From contig NC_043005.1 in the NCBI RefSeq assembly GCF_006345805.1, positions 89,094,001 to 89,158,000 of the forward strand: a stretch of DNA of 64,000 bases, read 5' to 3'. The position numbers and the translations under genes were made by a program. The DNA comes from Octopus sinensis (lineage: Eukaryota). Each line of letters starts with the position of its first letter. Position 1 is the stretch's first letter. The notes under the pieces are model-generated. The model was not told the DNA's origin. It saw only the letters and a program-made list of their open reading frames with translations, and did not search any database. This document shows positions 11,940 to 25,245 of this stretch, piece by piece.

Positions 11940-12796
11940 CTGGAAAATAAAACAAACATTCAAATATAGACAATCTCCATCAAAATATTTAAATCTTCTT
12001 CTGTTACAAGCAAAGGTAACTGTCTTCTAAAAGCTTCCCTAAGGAACTTGTTTTTGAAAAGTACACAGAATAAAGGTATGCGTTCCAAATTCTATAATGT
12101 TCCAAATTCTATAATATAATGTTTACTATAGTCTTTTGGATTGCATCTGTTGATGGGGCTCAAAAGATTCTTTCATTATAAAATCTTCAGCATGCCCCAA
12201 ATGAAGGTCTGGTTTTGTCCTCCTCAATATCTTACTTGCTGCTACATCAAACAGCACCCACCTTTAAACACTACACTTCTTTCTTCCCTACACACACACA
12301 GTCATACTCACATCATCCACTCCCAATATAGACACTTCATAACAAACCCATGCTGACCCCATGAACATGGACCAGAAAAGTATCCTCCAGTGGGGACACA
12401 CCAATTCTGTCTTCTTCAGTAGCAACAAAACTGAAACACTAATACTGATACAAAGAAAACCTCATCGTACACCACCCCTCCCTCACTCACCTCCTGCCCC
12501 CAGGTTCACTTCAACTGTAGCATCTCACAATCACTGAAGATCTCTCAAGATGGAAAAACATTGTTAACATAGCTTTGACCACATTCCAATGACAGGTCCT
12601 TCTCTTTAGCTCCAGAAGATACGTCACACTCCAATGAATGTGGATACTCTACAAAACTGAGCAGGGGTCCGCAGGGTATTATTTATCTCACGTCTGGGAT
12701 GATGGTGCAATACAAATAAACCCCTTAGACCACATCCAGAAAAGACACACCCCAGCTCCTGGTCCACAGATGCACTGTCCCCTCTCTCTGCCTTTT

Positions 12797-15780
12797 TCTT
12801 CTCCTTCTTCTTCTTGGCAGTCCATCGATCTCAGATGAATACATAGACTGTGGTCTCAGCAGTCAGCGGTGGGAATGCATATGGCTCCGCAGCACAAAGC
12901 CGGAAGCACACAGACGGCCACAATTTGGACACTGGTAGTATGTGATCGGGACTAAGGCAGAGGCGGCCCGGAGATGTCTGTCTCAAAGACAGCTACAACA
13001 GTGTTGGTGATTGACTTCCAGGTAGACCTCTTTGTGGCTGCAGTCTCGTGTTTGCGGGATGTCACACCACTTTAGGTTGCCCCTTTAGGGTGTCCTTATC
13101 CTTCAGCTTGAGTCTTCGTTGTTATCTTGTACTTTCCTTCAGCTCACTATACATCAGTTGTCTGGGGATGCGATGGTCGTTCATTCTGACAACGTGGCTG
13201 GTACAACACAACTGAGATTTGAGCAGAAGTGCCTTGGCGCTCGTGGACTCTGCTCTATCTAAGACTTCTTGGTTGGAGACCCTGTCCTACGAGTGGATGC
13301 CCATGATTGTGCGCAATATAGAACTTGTATAGAACTGTTCCAGCTGCCTGATTTGCCGGCGGTATAAAGTCCACGTTCCACAACCATACAGCAGCGTGGA
13401 CCTTTTTGTATACCTTGAGTTTAGTGGACAGCCGCACGCCTTTCTGCTGTAGTACTTTAACTCTGAGTCTACTGAGTGCTTGGCTGGTTTTCTGGATTTG
13501 GGATGTGATCTCTTTAACCTGTGAACCGTCTGAAGAGATGGTGATACCTAGGTACCTGAAGCTTTCGACACAGCTCGACCCCATCGATGGTGGTAGCTGG
13601 TTTAGGTTTTGTTGTGTTCGGGTCTGCCCTCTTTCCCAGGCTGATGGTCAAATCGAAGTGTTTGTATGTCTCGGCGAAACAGTTGACGAAGACCTGGAGC
13701 TAGTTTTCCTTGTCGGCTCGGAAAGCACAGTCGTCCGCGAAGAGAGCTTCGAGGGTGAGCTTTTCCTTGGTTTTCGTTTTGCCAGAGAGGCGGTGGAGGT
13801 CGGACATAGAGCCATCGTTCGGTACGTGATGTGCACCCTTGGTTGAGGATTTTCACAGCGTGGAGGAGGATCTGTTTGAAGGAAAATTTGAAGAGCACTG
13901 AGGTGAGAATACAGCCCTGTTTGACACTATTAGAGATGTTGAAGGAGTTGATGTGGTCCCCGTTAGAAAGAATCTGTCCCTTCATGTTGTAGAAGAGCTT
14001 GACCAGGGTTGTGAATTTTTGAGGGATCTACAAGGATCCCCGGTTAATTGTCAAACGCCTTGGTCAGGTCAATGAACACGGTGTACAGGTCCATCTGCTG
14101 CTCAATGCATTTCTCCTGCACTTATCGCATGGCAAACACCATATCTGCGGTGCTGAAACTACACAAGGCCTCGGGCAGGTTTCTCTCGGAGATTTTGGTG
14201 ATGAATCTGTTGAAGAGGATGCGAGCGAGGATCGTGCCTGCTATGGAGAGAAGCGAGATCCCTCTGCTGTTGCCGCAGTCTATCCTGGCTCCTTTGTTCT
14301 TGTATAGAGCGACTATGGCGGCGTCGCGCAGGTTGTCATCCTGGTCCCAGAAGGTCGAGAGTATATCAGGGAAGGTGTTGACGGATGTGGATCCGAGTGA
14401 TGTGAACAGTTCAGCAGTTCCTGGTACTTTGCCGCAGGTCATCTGTTTGATGTCAGTCTGTACCACTTCTTTGCTTGGCGGGGGTGGGATTCTGATCTTC
14501 CTGCTGGGAAATCTGTTTTAGGGTTGTTTGGTCTTGCACTGAGACATCCCTTGTCTTTGATGATGGTGGAGCCAACAACAGAAAGCAGGGGCGCCAATCC
14601 TCTACTTGAAGGCCCGTAGATGGTTTTGATGGGATTAAACAGCTTTTTTTCCCACCAAGCATCTTGCATGGCGTGGAGTTCTCGCTGAGCTTTGGCCTTG
14701 CATTCCTTGAACCTCTCGCGTCGTGGGACACAGCTGGGATAGTTCTGCCAGTTGATGTAGGTGGCTTTCTCCGTGGATGTCATGGTGGGGTTGTATGAGC
14801 AGATGATAGTGATGAACCGCTTGTTGCTGATGGGGAGGCGGATCTTCATCAGGCTTCCATTGTCGCCAGTCGGGAGATTGGAAATCTGTTTGAGGAGCTT
14901 GGTGTTGATGGCAAGTCTAATGCCGTGGATGCGGTCTTTGTTTTGGATCTTTCCTTCCCAGAAAAAGGTGTATCCAATGGATTCGTTCACCGATCCCTCG
15001 TCGGCCAGTCTGGTTCCACTCTAGGCGATGATGTCGATGTTGGCTGCAAGGGCTGTCCTTCTCTGGGGTCTTCAGAGATATTGTCACGATATAGAAGGTT
15101 AAGCATGTTCCACATCCTGATGGTGAGTTTCTTCCTTTTTCAGTTGGAATCGACCGCAAGTGGGTAAGTCTGTCAGTTGCGGTAAACTGGCCAAACAGTG
15201 TAGGGCAGGCTTTCTTCAGGCCATCTCGAAGAACAACGACCAACGTACAGGTTCATGGCTATGACTTCCAGTGGCTACCTCCACCTGTTGCGATCGCCAT
15301 TCTCCGTCGCCGCAAGATTTCAGTGGAAAGTTGGAGCTGGAATATACAGACACCTGTGCGAGAGGTTGATTAAAGTGGAAGAGTCGTTACGTGGACACTC
15401 CCACTCCCTCGGCAGAAGAGACCTCGATCCAGTGGCACGGAGAACCATTATGTCTGGAGACCTCCCTGATGCAGTGGATGACCAGAACGTCTTCGCATCT
15501 TGTTCTCCCTCAGTCCGCCGGAACCACTCTTCGCATACCAAGGGTAGGCAAACCCTGATTTACTTACCGAAGGTTTCAAACCCGTTGGCTTCCCTTACCT
15601 AGTTCAGCCGGCCTGACGAAGCCGTTGCCCGGAGTGTGGGCGTTGTGGCATGCAAACAGGCTAGGAGGAGTCGTAGGTGAGAGCTGGGTGCCAAGTGGGG
15701 ACCAGGGTGGGCTGACCAACCCTAAAAGGTTGCGACAATCCCCCCATCAGAGGTGCTACTCCCACCCAGCTACCCCAGGA
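12797..15780 (-). mobile_element. RTE-clade LINE (BovB/AviRTE-like), near full span but disrupted
   Basis: Long 5' UTR; APE fragments (GYTFFWEG, FITIICSYNPTM); RT fragments (RGISLLSIAGTILARILFNR, VKQGCIL, VESFRYLG); GAA-type tail. Internal deletions and frameshifts. Confidence 0.9.
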
Positions 15781-16699
15781 AAATATAAAAAATATTACAT
15801 ATATGAATAGCTATAAGATAAACAAAAAATAAAAAAATATAAAATAAAAATGAAAAAGGAATATAAAAATATATACATAAAAAGTTTTAAAATATACAAT
15901 ACATACATATATATTACACACTCACACACGCACACACGTATACACACACGTACTCACACACACGTACACACATTGTTGAATGGCAGTTGACTACTCATTA
16001 CTTCTTTCGCCCTTTGGCGGGTCCTATTCTTCGTCCTGTAGGGTGTCCAACAATCACCCTCCTCACCAAGCTCCTCACTGCGGTTGCCAGTTTAGTCGCC
16101 GACGACCCGACGATGTAGCAGGTTATACTGGGTTACATATTACCCGTAACGGGAAGAGCGACCAATAGCACTCAAAAGTAACCTGATATAACTTTTCTTT
16201 CCTATTTTTACTATAATGGCCTCTGCTCTTCAGAGCTAGCTGGGCTCACTCCTGTTCACATCTTCTTTCGTCTTACCCAGGTAATAAATACCTGTGAACT
16301 ACTTCTTTAAAGCTTTCTAAATATTACAAGGACTATATACAAGCTCTGACAACTAACTCCTCGTGTTACGTGTGACATTGTTACCTAAGATGATGTATCG
16401 TCTGTTTCATGGAGATATAATTTCTTTCAAGTAGGACAGCACTTAAAATAGCAAATGTACAACATAAAGTAAACAACGGAATTCTATTGAATACAAACAA
16501 TTTAATAGTGTTTCTGAAGAGAGACCAGCTTGGCTTCTATTAAGCCCGTGATGCTGGGAGGGGCCAGCAGTGGGTGGTGCAGGTTTGGGGAAGATGGTTG
16601 TGGGTGAGTTTTGCCAGAGGACAAATTTACAAGTTTGTGAGGCGAAGGGGGTATTATGGCAGTACAGGACATACCTGTATGTATGGATGACTAGGATTT

Positions 16700-18830
16700 T
16701 ACTCGGCCCGACGTGTCTTCTCAAGCACTGCAAATCGCCAGACGTCTTGGCCCCTTGTCATCTCCTCTGTGAGGCTCAAGATCTAAAGATCATTTCTCAC
16801 CACTTTATCTCATATCATCCTGGGTCTGCCCCTTCCAGGGCGGGTTCCCTCCACAATTAGAGATCCTCACTGCTTTATGCAGCTGTGCTCATCCATACGC
16901 ATCACATGACCATACCAGTGCAGTCTTCTCTCTTGCACACTACATCCGATGCCTCTCATACCTAGTTTTTCTCTTGAATCATCTACACTCTGTCATATAT
17001 TCACGCTGACATTACCCATCCTACAGAGTAATCTGACTTCATTTCCTTTGTTGTCATAGCCCATATTTCACTGCCATGTAGCATGGCCGTTCACATACAA
17101 GCATCATACAATCTGCCTTTCATTCTGAGAGAGTGAGAGGCCTTTTGTAACAACAAAGGTAGCAGCCCTCTGAACTTTACCCATGTCATTCAGAGCTTCC
17201 TCCTTTATTGCTAATTTGGTCCCCTAGGTAATGGAAACTATCAACTATTTCTAAGGACACCCCTTGACATTTCTTCTGTTTCCTTTACATTCCTAGTGTT
17301 TATTGTACCTGCGCATCTGCCACACACAAAAACTAGTTTCTCTGTTAGTCTTCCTGTAATACTGCTGCACCTCTCATGTGTCCATAGCTTGCACTGACTA
17401 AGCTATATTAAGTTCCTACCAACACCCTTTCTATATATATGGAGAAGGGCCATCTCCCTGAAGGCATTAGTGTTTTATTGGTTTTCCTACTTACTAGGAT
17501 TTTAGTCTTTCCTAAATTAACTCTAAGGCCCATTTATTCCAGACTTTGCAGCCACACCTGAAACTTTTTCCCTCATTCTGGTAGAGATTCAGCAATAAGA
17601 TCAAGGTCATCAGCATAGAAGAGCTTCTATGAGCAACACATCTTAAATTCCTGTGTTATGGCCTGGAGGACTGATGATCAACGGGAGCCTGAGAACCGAT
17701 CCTTGGCGTACTTCTACATGTACATTGAATTCATAGCTATACTCGTTGCTAAGAAGTACTTGACCATCCTTCTTTGACCAAGTACTTCTCCTGAAGCTGC
17801 TTCACCAGGAAGGTAGCGTCAGTTATGCCTCTTCCTGGCACAAAAGCAAGTTGCACTCCATCAAGACTAATTTGTTGAGCAATGACCCTCTCTGTAACTA
17901 TCATTACCTGGTCCTTCAAATTACTGAATACCTCTGTATTTATCTAAGGTGTCACTTTTTTCTTTGTAGCAGTTGATTATAATGCCGCGACACCAGCTGT
18001 TGGGTACGTCACCTTCATGGACAACCTGGTTAACTGTATGGGTGACTAGCTCATATCCCCCGCCACCAGTTATTTTATACATCTTAGCTTAATTCCTGAT
18101 GGGCTGGATGCTTTCCCTGTATCATATCCTTAATTGCTTTATCTACCAGGCTACTGCTGATTTAGATAGCTAGTCCCTCACTTGGGTCCACATCAGGCAG
18201 ATTCTCCTTCTGCCATGCTTTCTCTACATTTGTCAGCCTTTCATAGTGGCACTTCCAAGCCTGTTTCTTTGCAGAATCTCTAAATGCAAGTGAACCATCA
18301 TCCATGCAAACACACTTCGATCCTACAACATCATTATTGTTCTCTGCCATAATCTCTTGCAATCCGAAACACCACAAACCTCTGGTCTTCATGCTGCAGA
18401 ACATTGGTAAAGTTCTACCTTTTTGCTTCTTCTCTGTCTAAATATACCTGTCTCCTATCTTTCCTTCTGGCTTCCTGGAATAGTTCTGTGCTTCCACCAC
18501 TCTTCTAGTCCTTTCAGGCCCGTTCCATTCTCCAATAGCCCTGTCTACTTCCCTGTTCCACCACCATATCACCTTAGGGGTGGAGAGGACTTTGCACCAG
18601 CCACAAATTTGGTCAGTGGCCCCCATTGCGTTGTCTCGTAGGAATCTCCAGTTGTCCTCTATGTTATTCATTATCTACTCCTCCTCCTCCTCCTCCTCCT
18701 CCTTGCCAAATGCTTCTTTTAGAACTTCTCTGACTATTCAGCGGATCCTTAAGCTTCCAAATCTTTCTTTTCCAAACTGATTTGCTTCTTGGCGTCTTTC
18801 TAACCTGAACTCTGAATTCACTATTAACTA
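16700..18830 (-). mobile_element. RTE-clade LINE (second family), degraded ORF2
   Basis: NIEDNWRFLRDN...GWCKV, NDVVGSKCVCMDDG and a Cys-rich insert ending FVCGRC; same family as 60212-63396. Confidence 0.85.
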
Positions 18831-18855
18831 ACACATGTTGAGGTTTGCATTATAT

Positions 18856-18906
<51 letters not shown>

Positions 18907-19639
18907 GACACACACACATACAAACTCTCTCTCACACATTCACACATGCATACAAATATACATTGTTAGGAATTGTACGGCGCCCGATGCCACTAAGTAG
19001 AAAAAAAAATCTGTAGATTTTCTTCGGACTTGTAGCAAATTACTTTTTTTATTGAATAATCTGTTGCGCTTCAGTGAAAATAAAAAAGTTGTGGTTATTT
19101 ATTGTTAACGAGAATCCATTACACCTTTTTTAAAAGGTCGAGATATTTGTACTGCAATGGTAGCGGATGTAGTTTATTTCTCATTTTTTTTTTTTTTTTA
19201 CATTTTAACATATTGTAGTTGAATTACTCGATGTAACAAAATAACTATGCCATTTCGAACGTAACAAAGCAGGTGATATATATCCAGCAAGTAATATACA
19301 CCCAGTGGTGTATGAGGTCAAAGACTTACGTAAGAGATTATAAATGTGCACATATGCATATATATATGTTTGTGCGCATATGCATATGTTTATATATTTG
19401 TTTGTTTGTGTGAGTATGCATAATGCAGACAACTTTATGATTTGCAATAATGACTTCAAGAAACCAGCCAGTCACCTGTTCACTTATTAATGGTGCCACA
19501 CAAAGCAAGGTTGACTACAGTCTCACCAGAAAGTAGGAAAGCTGGTAGCTTAGAAGCAAACCTCAACACAGCCAAATATTTGGTAAGGTAGAAATTAAAT
19601 GAAATATTTTGTAAATTTCCATAGTCTTCTCTCTCTCTC

Positions 19640-19739
19640 NNNNNNNNNNNNNNNNNNNNNNNNNNNNNNNNNNNNNNNNNNNNNNNNNNNNNNNNNNNNN
19701 NNNNNNNNNNNNNNNNNNNNNNNNNNNNNNNNNNNNNNN
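19640..19739. other. Assembly gap (100 N)
   Basis: Exactly 100 Ns, typical of an unsized scaffold join. Confidence 1.
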
Positions 19740-19929
19740 TCTGACGGTGCCCTTTTGCTGAACCACTAAGCTCTGGGACTATATACACACCAATATAGTA
19801 TATAGTCCCAGAGCTTAGTGGTTCAGCAAATGGGCACGTCAGAATATGTAGCAGACTGCAAAAATTCTTCAAGACAGTGCTCCAGTATGGCCACAGTCTC
19901 ATGCTTGAAGCAATTAAGAAATAACAGAT

Positions 19930-20480
19930 AAAAAAAACAAAAGTAGCGCATTTTCCCCCTTAAAATGTGGTTGCTGCTTTGCTCCTTTTGTTGGCTGCCC
20001 TTGCAATGCCCTGGGGTTTAATGCAGGGCAATGAAGGGTGGACACTTCATGAGTGAAAAGAGGAGGGGAAAACGAGTGAGTCAGTGATACCTGAATGGAT
20101 ATGAGCTGAGACTAGCTAACTCCCAGGAGCAACAGCAGTGGAAGGGAAAGGTTTTCACAAAATAACATCATTGATTTAATAATAATCTTAATCATCACAC
20201 ATCATCATCGTCATCATAATCATAGTCATCATCATCATCACTATCATCATCATCTGCATCATCAGCAATAACAATATTGTCCTCCTATCATCATCATCAC
20301 TATTATCATCATATTTCAAATATTAAACATTAAATGTCTGATTGGCCCTGCTCTTTCTTCTTTTTCTTTCTTTCTTTCTTCCCTTCCAGTACTAAAAAGG
20401 ATGCGATTCTAAAGGAAGAAACTCCCCCAATGAACCGAGACAATCTGCTGAGGATATAAAATTTTAATGTACGTATGTAT
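19930..20480 (+). repeat. Locally duplicated block, copy 2
   Basis: Colinear with 1320-1900. Confidence 0.85.
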
Positions 20481-20505
20481 GTATATACATATGTGTGTGT
20501 GCATG

Positions 20506-20539
<34 letters not shown>

Positions 20540-20894
20540 TGATGTATGTATGTATGTATGTATTATGTATGTATGTATGTATGTATGAATATGAGCACCA
20601 CAGTTAGACAGACAGACCAACAACAACGCCGACAGACAGACAGATAGATAGATAGATAGATCTAAAAGTGACGCAAGAAATGATAATGCACGATAGGATT
20701 GTAAGGCATATGCTTATATGTGTGTGAGTGTGCGTGTGTGTATTTATATATATACATATATACACACATACATATATACATATATATATATTATAATATA
20801 TATATTATAGGGAGGGAGAATTCACAACAAAACACAAGACGAAACAGGCAGTAAATACAGATGTATTAGTTTAACGCTCGGGAAGTTGAAGTTA

Positions 20895-20978
20895 CTATTA
20901 GCTCTCACTGCACATACAGCCATGTGCTGCCATCTGTGGCATCTACAGAACAAATCCGGGAACTTTCTGATACTACCA
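20895..20978 (-). mobile_element. Mariner-type terminal segment
   Basis: ...CTACAGAACAAATCCGGGAACTTTCTGATACTACC is the reverse complement of the terminus starting at 21768 and resembles the mariner end at 45770-45826. Confidence 0.6.
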
Positions 20979-21294
20979 TTATATATGTATATATATTTTA
21001 TTATATATATATTATATATATATATATATATATACTATATATATATAGATATATATATATATATATATTATATACGAAATATTGAATTTCTAAATCTCTC
21101 GTAGAGACATGTACGGTGGTGGGGAGATAATGGTTGTATACGTCAATCTAACAGAACGTGACAGTAGGGGTACACCACCGCTGTATAGCCCTAGGAAGCA
21201 TCGAAACGCCTCCTGATGGCTTTACACATTTTTTCCCTGTGTCCTTATATACATATACGAAGGGGAGACAAACCCCCCGGCTGCCGAAGCTGCA

Positions 21295-21338
21295 TCTAGG
21301 AACACGTGTTTCAGGATCGTTGTCCTTATCGGCCTAGA
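21295..21338 (-). ncRNA. Minimal type-I hammerhead-like motif, copy 1
   Basis: TCTAGG CCGAT-A AGGA caacga TCCT GAAA CACGTG T T CCTAGA: 6-bp stem I, 4-bp stem II, palindromic ACACGTGT; one core nucleotide missing. Confidence 0.6.
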
Positions 21339-21639
21339 GTAGCAGACACCGGTCAGCTGGTGATATTTGTCTCGACTTCGTAATTGTATATATCTATAAC
21401 TCACTGATTATCAAAATAAGAAATATTGAATTTCTAAATCTCTCGTAGAGACATGTACGGTGGTGGGGCGATAGAATGGTTGTATACTGTCAATCTAACA
21501 AGAACGTGACAGTAGGGGGTACACCACCGCTGTATAGCCCTAGGAAGCATCGACCGCCTCCTGATGGCTTCGAAACATTTTTACCTGTCCTTATATACAT
21601 ATACGAAGGGGAGACAAACCCCCGGCTGCCGAAGCTGCA

Positions 21640-21680
21640 TCTAGGGACACGTATTTCAGGATCGTTGTCCTTCATCGGCC
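21640..21680 (-). ncRNA. Minimal type-I hammerhead-like motif, copy 2
   Basis: GG CCGATGA AGGA caacga TCCT GAAA TACGTG TC CCTAGA: GUC site; 5' strand of stem I truncated by the deletion. Confidence 0.6.
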
Positions 21681-22192
21681 AGCTGGTGATATTTGTCTCG
21701 ACTTCGTATTGTATATATCTATAACTATAATTATGTATATATATATATAGCTTTATATATTTTATATCGGTAGTATCAGAAAGTTCCGGACTTGTTCTGT
21801 AGCGTGCCAATAGACGGCATAACTGCATTAATAAAATAGGAAATGGATGTGTAAAAGATTTTATTGCGTACAACACATGACTCATTTTGGTTCTCTTCAG
21901 GTACATCAATAAAAAGTCTCACTAGAGATTTCTTGAGTCAGCTTCTATAGCGCTATATGTCCATCAAATTCGAGATTGTGTAAAATCAGAGAAAAATAAT
22001 TGAAACGCAGAAGATTCAAATATGAACGTGGAAAGTATACATTCTAGTTTAGAGAAAATGACTGAATCAGCTTTCGCTGTTGTAACTGTTAAAAGAAAGA
22101 AGAGGAAGTAGAAATTGAAAGTGTGCTAACAAATCACCCAGCTTGCTGCCCTTATGATGATGATGGTGATGATGGTGATGATGGTGATGATG

Positions 22193-23209
22193 AAATCAAT
22201 GGCAAAGCAAAAAGCGTTTGAACAATTGGTTGATAGTTAGGAACAAAACCCCCTGCATGGCAAATATGTGGCCCTTAGCAAACAGGCTGATGTAGACCAG
22301 AAGCACACCCTTCAGTGGCCATGGAGCACAGAGCTAAAGGCAGAGAGCGAAGGCTTTAGTTTGGCTGCTCAAGATCAGAGCTTATTGATCTGGAACTATC
22401 AAACCAATGTATTGAAAAATGGTGCAGACCCAAAGTGCCGATACTGCAACGATGGGATTGAAACAGTGGACCACTTTATCTCTGGGTGTAAGGTTTTAGC
22501 ACCAGTAGAGTATAAATCTAAACATGACAGAGTTGGTCAATATCCACACTAGTTAACATGTCAGCATTATCAAATCAAAGCTGCTGACAAATGGTATAAG
22601 CACCATCATGAGGCTGGAACTGAGGGAGAAAACGTAACGGTCCTTTGGGACTTTCCAGTATGTACAGACCAGACCATCAAAGCTAATTAACCAGATATTG
22701 TTGTGAAAGACCAAAACAATAAGACCTGTTCACTGATTGACATGAGCATACCTTGTGATCATAATATCTCGGCAAAAAAGCTTGATAAGCTCAGAAAATA
22801 TAAAGATTTGCTGATTGAAATCAAGACAGTTACAATACCAGTAATTGTAGGAGAACTTAGAATAATTAAAAAGGGAACTGAAAGTGATTTGCGGATAATC
22901 CCTGGCTTACTACCCTTGCAGGAAGTGCAAAAGGTTGTCTTAACTGGTAATTGGTCACAAGTATTGAGAAGAACATTGTTGCTCTTTCCTTTTCTTTTCC
23001 CCTTTCATTGTTTTTGTTTCCTCTTTTTCATTTGTTTTCTTTAATCTCTTTCTTTCCCCTGTCTTTCTTCCCTTTTTTCTATCTCATGACTTTGTAAATG
23101 AACAATCTGATGTGTTTATTTTGATGACCTGCCAATGAATACAATGAGTTTCTTTGCTCTAGGTGTTGGGAAGACACTCAGCAAGAATTGGAAGCGAAAT
23201 TCAAAGAAG
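22193..23209 (+). mobile_element. R4/Dong-like RLE LINE 3' portion
   Basis: LKAESEGFSLAAQDQSL...CRYCNDGIETVDHFISGC and PDIVVKDQNNKTCSLIDMSIP; preceded by (GAT)n, followed by (AAT)n. Confidence 0.88.
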
Positions 23210-23287
<78 letters not shown>

Positions 23288-23616
23288 CACAATAATAATT
23301 TTAATAACAACAACTATTACTACTACTACGGAAAAAACAACAACAAAAATAGCAATGATAATAATGATAATAATATAAATAGAATAATTTCATAAGGGTT
23401 AAGTACGTGAAGAAAACCTGTAGATCTTTCAAGGGTAACTTCTCTGACATTTGTCTGGGAAGTTAGGATTGGTTATCAACACAAACACCACCATCAACAA
23501 CAATAAATGTCTATGAGCATTGATTTGAGGCTAAACACCCACTACAATACAATTACAATACAAGAACAATAGAACCACAACAACACACACACACACATAC
23601 ACACACCACACACACA

Positions 23617-23656
<40 letters not shown>

Positions 23657-23799
23657 GCAAGAACCACGTTTTGATGCACACAACAAGTGATACAGTATAG
23701 AGGAAGAGCAACTGTCAAGCTCTGACCAAGTCCACCTTTCCCATTTCACAATGGCTACCACAAGAACATAGAGGGTAGACTGGACAGTGGAAAGAGAAA

Positions 23800-24340
23800 A
23801 GCATGTCTACACTGCAACATTTCACCCCTTATGTTGAACCATGTCAAATCCTGATGACCATCCAAACAGTGTCAAGATGATTCCCATAAATGTGCCACCC
23901 AAAATTTGCCAGTGACCGGCCACCTGTGTTTGCCGGTAAGGGTTGAATTAAGGGTCCAATTCAAGCACCTTCTCACTCAACATTTGTCCCTTCAGACTCC
24001 TAAGAATTTTATTCTTCGTGTAAATAGATGAACAGAATCCATCAGCATCAATTGAAAGAGGGTTATTTCAATAATGACTTGAAACCTGAACATCTCAGAT
24101 CCACATCACTCACCCTTCTGCCAGTGCTAATATTTTCTCACTAGATGTGGATGCTATGTGCAATTGGCTGCCCCACTTCATGCAAGTTCTTGGCTTAACT
24201 GATATACACACACCACTCCACATGTCCTATTTGATGGCCACTCCTCAAGACTTGTCATCTGAGATGACACTCCACAGCAGAATGGCTTCTTTCCTCATAG
24301 CAGCATGATATCACTACCTCAAATTTATTATAACAACATT
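23800..24340 (+). mobile_element. Possible highly degraded Penelope-like RT remnant
   Basis: Only weak motif resemblance; no long ORF. Confidence 0.3.
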
Positions 24341-24699
24341 ATATTACTACCTCTGCATGTCTGGAAGATCAGTTAGAAATAGTAGCTGAATCTCCCTCAA
24401 ACTACTACATAATATCTTGTGTATGTTTACATGTATTTGTTTGACAAATCCCCTTAAGCTTGGATTTCATTCAATCAATGACCCCTATTTTACCAGATAA
24501 TGTGATGTCCCTCTTGTCAGTATCTGTGCACAATCTTCCAACCGGCCACTTGTCTCACAATAAAAAATATTGAATTCCAATGGTTATACTACTGTGTTTC
24601 TGCAAGCCTAGCAGGCAGCTCGGATGAAACATCACATGACTGTCTTTTGTTTGTTATGTTCAGCCAATCACAACTGGAACTTTTTATTTATTTATGCGC

Positions 24700-25245
24700 C
24701 CTTTTCAAGCCTAGACAGGATCATAGGCCCGGTTTCCCGGTTTCTATGGCGTATGTGTTCCCCCCAGCTGGACGGGATGACAGTCCATCACAGCATTACT
24801 CAAGAAACAGGAAGAGTGAGAGAAAGTTGGGACAAAAGAGTACAACAGGAGTTGCCACCACCCCCTGCCGGAGCCTTGTGGTGCTTAAGGCGTTTTCGCT
24901 CAATAAACATACACAACGCTTGGTTTGGGAATCGAAACCGCGATCTTCCAACCACGAGTCCGCTGCCCTAACCACTGGGCAATTGCACCTCCACTACGCC
25001 CTTTTAAAGCCTAGCCAGGCTTATGGGCCCGGTTTCCCGGTTTCAATGGCGTATGTGTTCCCCAGCTGGACGGGACGCCAGACAATCGCAGTGTTACTCA
25101 TTTTTGCCAGCTGAGTGGACTGGAGCAACATGAAATGAAGTATTTTGCTCAAGAACACAACTCGTCACCCAGTCCAGGAATCGAAATGACAATCCTAGGA
25201 TCATGATGCTGACACCCTAACCACTAAGCAACGCGCCTCCACGTC
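24700..25245. mobile_element. Cluster of SINE copies and fragments
   Basis: Homologue of the 2985-3290 SINE at 24790-24995; duplicated GGCCCGGTTTCCCGGTTTC...GGCGTATGTGTTCCCC segments; minus-strand tRNA-like head ending ~25240. Confidence 0.7.

Larger units (their letters stand above)
21076..21726 (-). repeat. Head-to-tail tandem dimer of a 344-bp unit, each unit with a hammerhead-like motif
   Basis: Unit starts GAAATATTGAATTTC at 21076 and 21420. The copies differ by small indels and a 20-nt deletion. Confidence 0.95.

Noticed and set aside
16270-16340. Additional formin exon (minus-strand CTGG|GTAAG donor; also candidates near 12235 and 28200)
   Set aside because: No upstream frame gives FMNL-like sequence with the required phase.
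19740-19842. ~45-bp-arm hairpin
   Set aside because: It directly abuts the 100-N gap and is a fold-back of a SINE segment that is single-armed at 1160-1200. Most likely a contig-end artefact.
21195-21225. Plus-strand hammerhead (GAAAC...CTGATGG) in the tandem unit
   Set aside because: The core is CUGAUGG and the spacing leaves no room for helices. The credible motif is on the minus strand.
20895-21810. Composite mariner element enclosing the hammerhead dimer
   Set aside because: The two TIR-like termini (ending 20978, starting 21768) have their outer ends facing the dimer, so they belong to two separate flanking elements.
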